Positions 24,705 to 35,749 of a stretch of DNA of 64,000 nt are shown piece after piece. Position numbers and translations under genes: made by a program. Source of the stretch: an uncultured Burkholderiales bacterium (lineage in GTDB: Bacteria > Pseudomonadota > Gammaproteobacteria > Burkholderiales > Thiobacillaceae); NCBI GenBank assembly GCA_938038385.1, contig CALHRD010000012.1:19541-83540 (forward strand), written 5' to 3'. Position 1 is the stretch's first letter; every line of letters starts with the position of its first letter. The notes under the pieces are model-generated. The model had not been told where the DNA came from, ran no database searches, and worked only from the letters and a program-made list of their open reading frames with translations.

Positions 24705-25949
24705 TCAACGGTTGCGGCGCAAGGCGTCGACGATGACCAGTCTGGACGCGCGCCAGGCCGGGTAGAGGCTGGCGAGCCAGGTGGTGACGACGGCGAGCAG
24801 CAGGGCCTCGACGATGATCATGGGGGTGATGATGATGGCGGCGGTAAAGCCGCGCGACATGCCCGGTGAGGGCGGCATGGGGATGCCGACGTAGGAGATG
24901 AGTTCGGCCAACCCATAGCCGATGACGATGCCGACCAAGCCACCGAGCGCGCCCAGGGCCGTCCCCTCGACCAGGAACTGGCCCAGTATGCGCCGGCGGC
25001 GGACGCCCAGGGCCATGGCCGTGCCGATCTCGACGGTGCGTTCCATGACGTTCATGGTCATGGTGTTGGTGATGCCGATCAGGATGATGGTCGCGATGAT
25101 CAGCTTGACCACGTCGATCTGGCGGCTCAGGAGCTGCACCGTCTTGTTGTAGAAATCCGCCAGCTGGTGCCAGGGGGTGATCTCGAAACCGGCCAAGGCG
25201 GAGTCGCCCTCGAGTCTGGCGTAGACGGCATCGGTTTGGCCGGTATCGTGCAGGGACACCACCCACACATGGGCGCCGGCCACGCGCAGGAGTTTGCGCG
25301 CCAGGTCGATGGGCACCCAGAGCATGGTGTCGTCGTAGGCCTTCATGGAGGTGGAGGCAAGACCCTGGATGCGGGCCTCGACGGCGTTGATGCCGCCGCT
25401 GGCGGTGTTCGCCAGGAGCACCACCCGATCATCGACGCCGACGCCGAGATTGGCCGCCAGGCCGGTGCCGATCAGGATGCCTTGCGCGTCGCCGGGGCGC
25501 AGGCCCGCGCCCTCCGGGATGATCAGGTAGAGCAGGGAGGGGTCGCGCGCCGCATCGACGCCGATGGCGAGGAAGGTCAGCGTGCTGTCGCCATGGCTGA
25601 TGAGCCCGTTGAAGTCGATGCGCGGCGTGATCGCGCGGATGGCCGGATCGCGTGTCAGTTCGCTCAACCTCGGCACGGAGGCGGGCAGCAGATAGGCATA
25701 GGGATCGGACCGACCATCCCGGTGATAGCCGGGCTTGACCACCTGGATGTGCCCGATCTGGGTGACCGCGGTCCCTTCCCGGCTGGCCCAGAAGATCCAT
25801 TCGATGAAGCCGCCCGCGAGCATCATGGCGATGACGCCGAAGGCGATGGCCAGGATGGCCACGCCGCTACGCCTGGGCTGGCGCAGGATGTTGCGCAGGG
25901 CAATGCGCAGGAGGGTGGCGTAGGTGGTCATACCGGCAGCCATCGCCAT
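24705..25949 (-). CDS. ABC transporter permease, FtsX/LolC-E type (paralogue)
   Basis: LRIALRNILRQPRRS at the N-terminus and the same topology as the neighbouring permease, 8 bp upstream of it. Confidence 0.85.
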   Translation of the reverse strand: MAMAAGMTTYATLLRIALRNILRQPRRSGVAILAIAFGVIAMMLAGGFIEWIFWASREGTAVTQIGHIQVVKPGYHRDGRSDPYAYLLPASVPRLSELTRDPAIRAITPRIDFNGLISHGDSTLTFLAIGVDAARDPSLLYLIIPEGAGLRPGDAQGILIGTGLAANLGVGVDDRVVLLANTASGGINAVEARIQGLASTSMKAYDDTMLWVPIDLARKLLRVAGAHVWVVSLHDTGQTDAVYARLEGDSALAGFEITPWHQLADFYNKTVQLLSRQIDVVKLIIATIILIGITNTMTMNVMERTVEIGTAMALGVRRRRILGQFLVEGTALGALGGLVGIVIGYGLAELISYVGIPMPPSPGMSRGFTAAIIITPMIIVEALLLAVVTTWLASLYPAWRASRLVIVDALRRNR

Positions 25950-26003
25950 GTCAGACCCCTCCGGTGGCCGGTCGCAGTGTCTGCCGATGATGCGTCGGGC
26001 TGC

Positions 26004-28790
26004 TCACAATTTGCCCAGCAGGGCCTTCGCTTCCTGCAGCTCGGGGAAATCACGCTTGCCTTGCACGAGCCGGGTGAGTTCCTGCCGGGCCTTGTCGCGC
26101 TGTCCGCTTTGTGCGAGGGCGACGGCGTAATGGTAGCGGATGGTGTCGGCTTCCGGCACCTTGTCGAGGGCCTTGCGCAGCAGTTCCAGCCCCTTGGCCG
26201 CCTGATCCTGTCCAACCAGGATCCAGCCCAGGGTGTCGAGCACGGTGGCGGATTCGGGCGCGAGTTCCAGGGCGCGTTGCGCCGTGGCCAGGGCCCTGCT
26301 GTCGCCCGTGCGCTGGTAAAGCACCGCCAGATTGTTGAGCATGATGGGGTTGTCGGGGGTGTCGCGCAGCAACTGTTCGTACTGCGCGATGGCGGCATGG
26401 TCTTCGCCCCTGAGCATTTTGTATTCGGCGAAATAGGCCTTGGCCGCCTGATCCTGGGGATGTGTGCCGAGCCAGCGGGTGAGTTCCTGGTCGGCCTCGG
26501 CGACTTTGCCGGTGGCCAACAGGGCACGATGCAGCATGATCAGGGTACCGGCCTGCGCGCCGCGCTCGATGGCCTGTCGGTAGGCGGGGATGGCCAGCGC
26601 CGGCCTGCCCTGGGCCATGTGTAGGGCGCCCTCACGATCGTAGCCGATGTGCGAATCGGGAAAGCGGGCCTGGATCTGGCGGATGCGCGCCAAAGCCGCG
26701 TCGGCCTTGTTTTCGCTTACATCCAGCTGGATGAGGGTGTCGAGTGCCTGCACATGGCCGCGCTCCGCGGCCAGGGCCTTCTCCAGGTTGGCTCTGGCCT
26801 CGCGTGTGCGCTTTGCCGCCAATTGCGCCAGGGCCAGCCGGTAGTGCAGCTCCGGAGTCCCGGGCGCAAGGCGCAGGGCCTTTTCCAGCGAGGCGATACT
26901 GGCGGTCGCATCCCCCGAGCTGAGCTGTACCTGCGCCAGCAGGGCCATGGCCTCGGCGCTGTCCGGGGCGGTCTGCGCCAGGGCATTGGCGATTTCGAGG
27001 GCCTCCTTGTAACGTTTGTTGGCCAAGTGATGTTGCACCAGACGCGCACGCGGGGCCAGCGCTTTGGCATCAGCCCGTGCTGCCTTCTCGAGCCATTGCA
27101 CGGATTCCTTCTCGCGGCCTTCGCCGGCAGCCAGATCGGCCAGCGCCAGCATGGCCCGGAGGTTGTTCTTGTCCTGATCGAGGATGGATTCGAAGCGTTT
27201 GCGGGCGGCAGCCGGCTTCTTGTCCTCCAGGTCCAGCCTGGCCAGGCTGAAGGCGGCGGGGAAGAAATCGGGTTTCAGGGCCAGCGCCTGCTCCAGCGTT
27301 TCCCTGGCCGCCTTGCGGTCCTGTTTGCCCAGGTGGGCGGCCGCGCGCAGTTGAAAGACCACCGGATTGTCCGGAAACACTTTGGCCAACGCGGCGGTCT
27401 GCGCCAGGGCCTGATCGAACTCCTTGCGCTGCAGGTGCAGGAGGGTCAGCGCGAGATCGGCTCGGCCCTGGGTGCGCCCGGCGCGGGCGGCCTCCTGGAG
27501 CTCGGTCATGGCCCGGCCCACCTCACCTTTGGCCAGTCGACCGCTCACCCGCAAGTCCAACAGACGGGCGCTGTCCGGCCGGAGAGCCGTCGCCCGGTCC
27601 AAATAGGCCATGGCCTTGTCGTACTCGCGCTTGCGCATGTAGAGTTCGCCCGCCAGCGCAAGGATCTGGGCATCGTCGGGACGCTTTTTCAGCAGAGGCA
27701 GGAGGATTTCCTCGGCACCCTTGACGTCGTTCGTCCTCAGTCTGCCGGAGGCGACCAGCCGGGCTGCATCGGTGTTGTCGGGTAATTGTGCCCAGACCCG
27801 CTCCGCACTGCGCCGGCTTTGTTCGAAGTTGCCAAGACCTTCACCGATCATGGCCTGCACCAACAGCGACGGCAGGTGGTCCGGGCTGAGCTTGAGGACC
27901 TGCAGGATCGCATTGTTGGCCTCGTTCAGATTGCCCCGCGTGTATTCGAACACGGCACGCGCATACTTGACCAACGGCGATGCCGGTGCGGCCGCTTCTG
28001 CCGCCTTGAGCGCTGCATCGGCCTCTTTCAGCGCCTGCTCGGTCCCCTTCGCGCCACCCTGCTTCATGAGCAGTTTCGCGGTGGACAGGTGGGCCAGATA
28101 CTCTCCGGGATGGGCTGCCGTGATCTGCCGGTATACAGCCAGGGCGGCGGCATCCTTGCCTTCTTCCGTCAACAGGTGAGCCTTGAAATAAAGGGCGTCG
28201 CGCAAGGCGTCATCCCTGGCCAGCGCCGCATCGACCAGGGCCATGGCCAGATCGGGTCGCCCGGTCTCGCGCGCCATGACGGCCTTGGCGAACAAAACCT
28301 CGGGATGCTGAGGATCGCTTCTCTCGCCCTCGGCCAGATCCTTTTGGGCGGCCTCCCTGTTACCGAGTGCTAGGTGGGAACGCGCCCGATAGGCATGAAC
28401 GGTCGCCAGCGCAGCCATGCCCAAGGTGGGACCGGGGCGGACCTCCTCGATGAGTCGGGCATGCGCCCCCGTCATCAGCAGAAGGCGTGCGTGCAGGGGG
28501 GTCAGTCGATCGGCCGGCGCGCCCAGTTCGCGTGCCTTGGTGAATTCCTTGTCCGCCGAGTCATAGTCCCCCGTCTCCAGATAGGCCTGGCCGAGGAGCA
28601 TGCGGGCCTCTGCGCTGTCCGGTTGCTTCTGGATCGCCGCTTTCAGTTCGACGATGGCGGTCTTGTGGTCTTGCTTGCCGATCGAGGTCCTGGCGGACTC
28701 GACCAGTTCGGTGGGGCTTTTATCGCCGCAGCCCGTTGCACCAACGAGTACCAAGGCTAGCAAGGCGGTCCACATTTTTCTGCTCGACAT
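26004..28790 (-). CDS. prsT: PEP-CTERM system TPR-repeat lipoprotein PrsT
   Basis: Trimmed to the ATG giving MSSRKMWTALLALVLVGATGC (lipoprotein signal). About 928 aa of continuous TPR repeats. It sits next to prsR and prsK. Confidence 0.8.
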   Translation of the reverse strand: MSSRKMWTALLALVLVGATGCGDKSPTELVESARTSIGKQDHKTAIVELKAAIQKQPDSAEARMLLGQAYLETGDYDSADKEFTKARELGAPADRLTPLHARLLLMTGAHARLIEEVRPGPTLGMAALATVHAYRARSHLALGNREAAQKDLAEGERSDPQHPEVLFAKAVMARETGRPDLAMALVDAALARDDALRDALYFKAHLLTEEGKDAAALAVYRQITAAHPGEYLAHLSTAKLLMKQGGAKGTEQALKEADAALKAAEAAAPASPLVKYARAVFEYTRGNLNEANNAILQVLKLSPDHLPSLLVQAMIGEGLGNFEQSRRSAERVWAQLPDNTDAARLVASGRLRTNDVKGAEEILLPLLKKRPDDAQILALAGELYMRKREYDKAMAYLDRATALRPDSARLLDLRVSGRLAKGEVGRAMTELQEAARAGRTQGRADLALTLLHLQRKEFDQALAQTAALAKVFPDNPVVFQLRAAAHLGKQDRKAARETLEQALALKPDFFPAAFSLARLDLEDKKPAAARKRFESILDQDKNNLRAMLALADLAAGEGREKESVQWLEKAARADAKALAPRARLVQHHLANKRYKEALEIANALAQTAPDSAEAMALLAQVQLSSGDATASIASLEKALRLAPGTPELHYRLALAQLAAKRTREARANLEKALAAERGHVQALDTLIQLDVSENKADAALARIRQIQARFPDSHIGYDREGALHMAQGRPALAIPAYRQAIERGAQAGTLIMLHRALLATGKVAEADQELTRWLGTHPQDQAAKAYFAEYKMLRGEDHAAIAQYEQLLRDTPDNPIMLNNLAVLYQRTGDSRALATAQRALELAPESATVLDTLGWILVGQDQAAKGLELLRKALDKVPEADTIRYHYAVALAQSGQRDKARQELTRLVQGKRDFPELQEAKALLGKL

Positions 28791-28872
28791 CGATGTGGGC
28801 TCCTCTGGGGTAGTTGTGCGCGTCAAGTTGTGCAAAATATGTTGTTGCCGCTTCGGGCTAAGCCCTGCGCGG

Positions 28873-28982
28873 CCCCTCTCTCCCTGGGTGAGAGGGGCCG
28901 GCAGAGAGGACCGGAGGGGTTGGGAGAGAGGGAACGGACAAGGCGACAATCATGCTTCGGGGTGCGTCGCCATATCCGTTTT
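28873..28982. repeat. interspersed intergenic repeat, family 1 (copy B)
   Basis: CCCCTCTCTCCCTGGGTGAGAGGGGCCGGCAGAGAGGACCGGAGGGGTTGGGAGAGAGGGAACGGACAAGGCGACAATCATGCTTCGGGGTGCGTCGCCATATCCGTT, lying between the two prsT genes. Confidence 0.8.
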
Positions 28983-29162
28983 AGGTCCCTCGCAGCAAGA
29001 GGTATGCGTGCGCTCGATCCGCGTCTCACGGAGTCCATGTCCGGCTGGCATCTGCAGGGGGGCGGGTTGCCGTGCGTCCGCCGCGGGTCGGCAGCAATCA
29101 TGTTCCGAGCTACTTATTCAAGCATAGATAAGGGGCAGTTGACAGACCGATCGACGTCCGAG

Positions 29163-32075
29163 CTACCGAGGGCGCTGCCTGAGCGTGTTGAAAAACTGGA
29201 TGGCAGCCTGGCGGTTGGCGAAATCGCGCCCGCTGTTGAGCAGGCGTTCCAGTTCCGTCAGGGCGCGCGGGGTGTCCCCCGACTTGGCCAGGGCGACGGC
29301 CAGGTGCCAGTGGATGTCGGGTGCATCCGGGGCCTGTTTGTGTGCCTTCTCCAGCAGGCTGCGGCCGCGTTGCACCTGGCCCTGGTTGACCAGGATCCAG
29401 CCCAGGGTGTCGAGTGTGGAGGGATGCTCGGGTGCCAGGGCGTAGGCCGCTTCGGCCTGCGGCAGGGCGCGCGGGTCTTTGAGTTCGCCATAGATCCAGG
29501 CGAGGTTGTTGGCAGCCACCAGATCCCTGGCATTTGCCTTGAGCAGTTGTTCGTAATGCGGCTGCGCCTCGCGCAGGTTACCGCTCTTGAGCAGTCCATC
29601 GGCGAGGGCGTGACGGGCGACGGCATCGTTGGGGCGCTCGGCGAGCCACTGGCGCAGGAAGGCATCCGCCTGCCTGTGCTGCCCCGCAGTGACCAGTGTG
29701 CGGTAGGCGGTGGAGGCCAGCATACCGTTGCCCGCGATGCGGGCCGCCTTGGCATAGGCCTCGCCCGCGGCTGCGAAATGCTTGCCGTGGGCCAGGATGT
29801 CGGCCTCGGCGACGAAACCCACCGGTGATTTCGGTTCCTTTTGCTGCAGCGTCCTGGCCAGGCGCAGGCCCTCTTCCGGCCGCCCTGCCTCGGCCAGCGC
29901 GACCGCCTTGGCCGACTGGACGTCCACGGCATTCGGGGCGATGGCCAGTGCCCGATCCAGGGACTGCAGGGCGGCCTGGGTATCACCCATCATGCGCTGG
30001 ACCAGCCCGAGCTTGTAGTGCCCCTTGGGGTCGGCGGGCGCGGCCTTGACCCATTGCTGGAAGCTGACCAGGGCGCCGTTGCGGTCGTTCTGCATGAGCT
30101 GGGCGGTACCCATGGCGTCATGCAGGCGGACATGACCGCTGGCGTCGAGCCCTGCCTTGGCCTCCACCTGCGCCTTGGCAGGATCCTGTCGCTGCAGCCA
30201 GTACAGGGCCAACAACTCGTAGGGCGCGGGGTCCTTGGGGTTGGCCTGCTTGGCGCGTGTCAGATAATCCACGTAGGCCTTGTCGTCTTTCTGGGTGGCG
30301 GCCAGCCCGGCGAGTGCGACCAATGCCCGACTGTTGCGGGGATCCCTGGCCAGGACCGATTCGAAGCGGCCGCGCGCCGCCTTGGGGTCGTTGGCCTTGA
30401 GATCGAGGCGTGCGAGGTCGGCGGCCGCGGGGAGATAGGTGGCATCCCGTTTGAGGGCCTCGGCGAAGCTGGCGCGGGCACCGGCGCCGTCCCGTTCGGC
30501 CTGGCGTACGAGGCCGAGCAGGTGATAGCCGAGGGGGTCCTGCGGTCGCTCGCGGATGAGGCGTTCCGCCACGGCCATGGCCTCGCTGTGGCGGCCGGCC
30601 CTGAGGTGGGTCTGGACCAGGATCGCATCGGGCCGCCCGGTGGCAGTGTCCAGCTCTGCGGCGCGGTTCAGGGCGTCGATGGCCCCGGCGGTGTCGCCGC
30701 TGCCCATGCGGCTGCGGGCCAGTTCGACGAGCAGCGCCGGGTTGTCGGGGGCGAGGCGGCTGGCCTGCTCGAGGTGTTGCCGTGCGGCGGCGTAATCCCC
30801 TCTGCGCAGCGCGATGTCGCCCTGCAAGGACGCGGTGAGCAGGTCGTGGTCGCCGCGCAGTCCGGCGATCAGACGCTGGGCGTCATCCAGCTGGCCGCTG
30901 CTCACCATGGCCGCAGCCATCAGCTTGCGGGCATAGGCATGGTCCGGCATGCGCTCCAGGACCTTGCCCAGATGGCCGATGGCCGTCTGCCGGTTGCCCA
31001 GGGCGAACTCCACCGCACCGGCGAGCAGGTGGGCGGGCAGGAGGTCCGGTGCCCGTTTCAGGACCTGCTGGAGCTTGGCCTTCGCCTCGGCGGGGCGGTT
31101 ACGCCGGAAGTCGATGACGGCGCCCAGATAGCGCGCCATGGGGTGATCCGGGGCCAGCTTGGCGACCTGGGCCAGTTCCGCCTCGGCGCGGTCCAGATCG
31201 TTGGCCTCCAGGTGCAGCAGGCTCACGGCGACGTGGGCGGGGACGTTACCGGGGTCGAGTTCGAACACCTTGCGGTAGGCGGCGAGTGCCTGCTGTTTGT
31301 AGTGCTGTGCCTGCGGCCCGGAAGCATCGCCCGCGTCGCCGCCCGTGGCGGCCAAGTCGCTCTCGCTGCGGCCTGGTGAGCGACTCGACAGGCGCAGCAG
31401 GTCGCCCTTCATCATCCACAGGTCGGCCCGCTTGCCGTCGGCGGCGATGGCGCGATCGAGCAGGGTCATGGCCGTGTCCCGCTGACCGGCCATGACCGCG
31501 ATCTGGGCGCGGGTGACCAGGGTCTCGGGGTGATCGGGGCGCAAAGCGTCGGCCTCCCTCAGGCTTTGCTCCGCGGCGCCTTGGTCGCCGAGCATCAGCT
31601 GGGCGCGTGCGCGCAGGGCGAGGAGCGGGGCGGCCAGGTCCGGACTGGCGCCCTCGGGCACGGGGATCTCGTCCAGCACGCGCTTGGGCTGCCTGAGGCC
31701 GATGAGGGCCTGGGCCAAGAGGGTAGGCAGGTCATCCGCGCGATGGCCGCCGTCGCGCGCCCGCATGAGCTCTTTCTCCGCCGAGGCGTAGTCCTGACTG
31801 GCAAGGTGGAGCTTGCCCAGCTCATAGCGGACCCCGGCGTTGTCGGGCGCCAGTTGCAGGGCGTTCTTGAGTTCGATGACCGCCGCCTGCCGGTCGCCAC
31901 GATCCATGTGCGACTGGGCCGCCTCGATGTGGTCCTCGGGACTTTTCTGGCTGAGGACGTGATAGGCGCCGCCGGCGATGCCGATGCTGGCGACGACGCC
32001 GGCGATGAGGAGCAGACGGGATCGATCGAGTCGCAGCTTGCCGCGTCTCGAACGTCTACGGGAGTGGGTGGCCAT
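29163..32075 (-). CDS. PrsT-like TPR-repeat protein, N-terminally membrane-anchored paralogue
   Basis: 970 aa. A basic N-terminus and one transmembrane helix (RLLLIAGVVASIGIAGGAY), then TPR repeats colinear with the neighbouring PrsT (AAVIELKNALQLAPDN versus TAIVELKAAIQKQPDS). Confidence 0.75.
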   Translation of the reverse strand: MATHSRRRSRRGKLRLDRSRLLLIAGVVASIGIAGGAYHVLSQKSPEDHIEAAQSHMDRGDRQAAVIELKNALQLAPDNAGVRYELGKLHLASQDYASAEKELMRARDGGHRADDLPTLLAQALIGLRQPKRVLDEIPVPEGASPDLAAPLLALRARAQLMLGDQGAAEQSLREADALRPDHPETLVTRAQIAVMAGQRDTAMTLLDRAIAADGKRADLWMMKGDLLRLSSRSPGRSESDLAATGGDAGDASGPQAQHYKQQALAAYRKVFELDPGNVPAHVAVSLLHLEANDLDRAEAELAQVAKLAPDHPMARYLGAVIDFRRNRPAEAKAKLQQVLKRAPDLLPAHLLAGAVEFALGNRQTAIGHLGKVLERMPDHAYARKLMAAAMVSSGQLDDAQRLIAGLRGDHDLLTASLQGDIALRRGDYAAARQHLEQASRLAPDNPALLVELARSRMGSGDTAGAIDALNRAAELDTATGRPDAILVQTHLRAGRHSEAMAVAERLIRERPQDPLGYHLLGLVRQAERDGAGARASFAEALKRDATYLPAAADLARLDLKANDPKAARGRFESVLARDPRNSRALVALAGLAATQKDDKAYVDYLTRAKQANPKDPAPYELLALYWLQRQDPAKAQVEAKAGLDASGHVRLHDAMGTAQLMQNDRNGALVSFQQWVKAAPADPKGHYKLGLVQRMMGDTQAALQSLDRALAIAPNAVDVQSAKAVALAEAGRPEEGLRLARTLQQKEPKSPVGFVAEADILAHGKHFAAAGEAYAKAARIAGNGMLASTAYRTLVTAGQHRQADAFLRQWLAERPNDAVARHALADGLLKSGNLREAQPHYEQLLKANARDLVAANNLAWIYGELKDPRALPQAEAAYALAPEHPSTLDTLGWILVNQGQVQRGRSLLEKAHKQAPDAPDIHWHLAVALAKSGDTPRALTELERLLNSGRDFANRQAAIQFFNTLRQRPR

Positions 32076-32206
32076 GGTCGGAGGGTATCCTTGGATTCTG
32101 ATGGGCGTGTCGCCTCTGGCGGGGCAACTCTGCCGTATATCGATGCCTCAGCGATGTTTCTTGAGTCCTGCCCGGCAGGGCGATGTCGTAGGGGGGGTGG
32201 CCGCGT

Positions 32207-33555
<1,349 letters not shown>

Positions 33556-33559
<4 letters not shown>

Positions 33560-35628
33560 GCCACCTCTCGGGTCATGCCATTTGCGTCCGGCTCTGCCAG
33601 CGGGATCCGCACCGTGAAGCGGGAGCCGCGGCCCGGCGCGCTGTCCACGCTGATGTCACCGCCCAGCCCCTGGATGTACTCCTTGCACTCGTAGGTGCCC
33701 ACGCCCATGCCCGTACCCTTGGTGGAAACGAAGGGGCGGAAGAGCCGGTCGCGGATGAAGGCTGCGTCCATGCCCGTGCCGGTATCCTCCACCAGGATGC
33801 AGGCATGCCCACCTTCGCGCCAGAGTTTAACACCCACGCGGCCGGTATACGGGGTGGCCTCGATGGCGTTCTGTACCAGGTGTCCGAGCACACGGGCGAG
33901 CTTGTCCCGGTCGGCCAGGACCTCGAGCTGCGTATCCGCGATCTCGAGCTCGGGTTTCAGGCTGTAGCCCTTCTTGCTGGCGACCACGTCGCGCAGCAGC
34001 TCCTCCAGCTCCACCCGGCCGTTGCTGGCGCTCTCCTGCCGGTCCGCGAGTTTGAGCAGCATGCGGTTCATGCGCGCCACGGAGCTTTCGATGGTGGCCA
34101 GCATATCCTCCTGGAACTCGGGTTTGTGCTTGTGCTTCTGGGCGTTGGCCAGCAACAGGGACAGTTGCGCCACCAGGTTTTTGATGTCGTGCACCACGAA
34201 GGCGGCCGCACGGTTGAAGGACTCGAACTGGCGGGCGACGGTGAGCGCGTCGGCGGCCAGGAGCTGGGCCAGGTTGGTGGACGCCTGCCGGGCGGCGGTC
34301 TTGAGCAGGTCGCTCACCTCCCAGTCGAAATGCACCTTGCCCAGGGAATGTTCCAGCACCATGAAGCCCAGCAGCCGATCGTGCCAGAGCATGGGGATCA
34401 GGAGCCAGGCGCGCGGCTCGTCGACGATCCAGGCCGGCGGCTCGGCCCCCTCCAGGCTGGCCGGGTCGGCGCGGTACTCCTCCAGGTTGATCACCCACTG
34501 GCGTGCTTCCAGGAAGCGCACCAGGGGGGCGTCGGCCGGCAGCGTGCCGTTGAGATCGGACCAGTTCCAATAGGCGGCGCGGTGGAAGGCGCCGTCCTCC
34601 TTCTTCAGCCAGAGCACGCCGGCGGGGCTCTCCACCAGGCGGGCGATGGCCTCGATCGAGCGTTCGCACACCTGCATACCGGGGTTGCCGGTGGTCAGCG
34701 ACTGGGTGAAGCGCAGCCATTCCTCGCGGTAGTCGTAGCGGTAGCGGAAGAAATGCTTGGACAGGAAGACCCGCAGCCGCGCGCGGGCGGAACCGGAGAA
34801 CACCACCACCAGCAGCAGCACGCCGGCGCCGAACAGGAACACATATTGCAGCAGCAGGCCCCACTCGCCGCCGATCATGCGGATGTAATAGCCGGCGGCG
34901 GCCATCAGCAGCAGGTAGATGCCGGTGCCCACCAGGGCCACGGTGTGGAAGACCATGCGGTGCGAGATGGACACCGGCAGGAACTGAGTCAGCCGACTGA
35001 AGGACAGCCAGATCAGCGGCGCCAGCAGGGCGTTGACCACCCCCCGCGCCGCCCAGACCTCCGGGGTGAGATGGCGGAACAGCATGCCCTCGGAGTAGAG
35101 ATAGAAGTCGTAGGCGAACATGCCGCCCAGGGCCAGACAGAGGAACTTGATGCCCCAGCGGTCCTGGGTGCGGGCGTTGCGGTAGAACTGTTCCACCAGC
35201 ACCATGCCGGCCACCGCCAGCAAGGCCGGCAGCACGGTCTGGCCGAGAAAGGCCAGGGTGGGGCCGGGCCAGAACAGCTGCAGTACCTGCAGCGCCAGGG
35301 TCAGCGTCAGCAGCAGGGCGACGCCCCGGATGATCTGCCTGAGCCACGGCGACAGGGCGGCGTCGGGCTTGAGCAGACGCAGGCTGTGCACCAGGAACCA
35401 GAGCCAGGCCGCGTTCCTGCCCAGCTCCGTCAGCCCGGTCAGTTCCAGGCCCGCGTCGAGGGCGCTTTGCAGGGTGGCCGCCATCAGCCACAGGGCCGTG
35501 GCGGCGGCAGGCAGGAACAGGGGCGGGCTCTCGCGATTGCGCCGGCCATGCACCCTGAACAGCACGGCCAACACCGTGAAGGCGAGCGCCCCGAGGGCAT
35601 GGCTCACCACGGCAGCGTGCAGGAGCAT
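33556..35628 (-). CDS. prsK: PEP-CTERM system histidine kinase PrsK
   Basis: Multi-spanning N-terminal membrane domain, a GAF-like middle region, an H-box (FVVHDIKNL) and an HATPase_c domain (DTGTGM...GTGMGVG). Confidence 0.8.
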
Positions 35629-35662
35629 TTGACGTGTATGTCGCGTCAGCGACGCCTGCAGG

Positions 35663-35748
35663 CCCCCTCTTGCGCCATGCGGCAGAGGGGTGGGGAGAGA
35701 GGGAGCGGACCGGCGATAATCATGCCCGGGATGGCCGTCACCATGTCC
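35663..35748. repeat. interspersed intergenic repeat, family 1 (copy C, shorter)
   Basis: CCCCCTCT...AGAGGGGTGGGGAGAGAGGGAGCGGACCGGCGATAATCATGCCCGGGATGGCCGTCACCATGTCC, lying between the sugar transferase gene and prsK. Confidence 0.65.
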
Positions 35749-35749
35749 A

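Noticed and set aside
28791-29162. Searched for a sigma-54 promoter on the minus strand upstream of prsT (and in 32076..32206 upstream of the prsT paralogue)
   Set aside because: Only partial matches with wrong GG/GC spacing were found, for example the reverse complement of GCAATCATGTTCCGA, which is off by one. None was convincing.
34700-35628. The multi-spanning membrane N-terminus of PrsK as a possible exosortase
   Set aside because: It is contiguous with GAF and histidine-kinase domains in one ORF, which matches PrsK architecture. I recognise no separate EpsH-like gene or catalytic Cys/Arg/His pattern.
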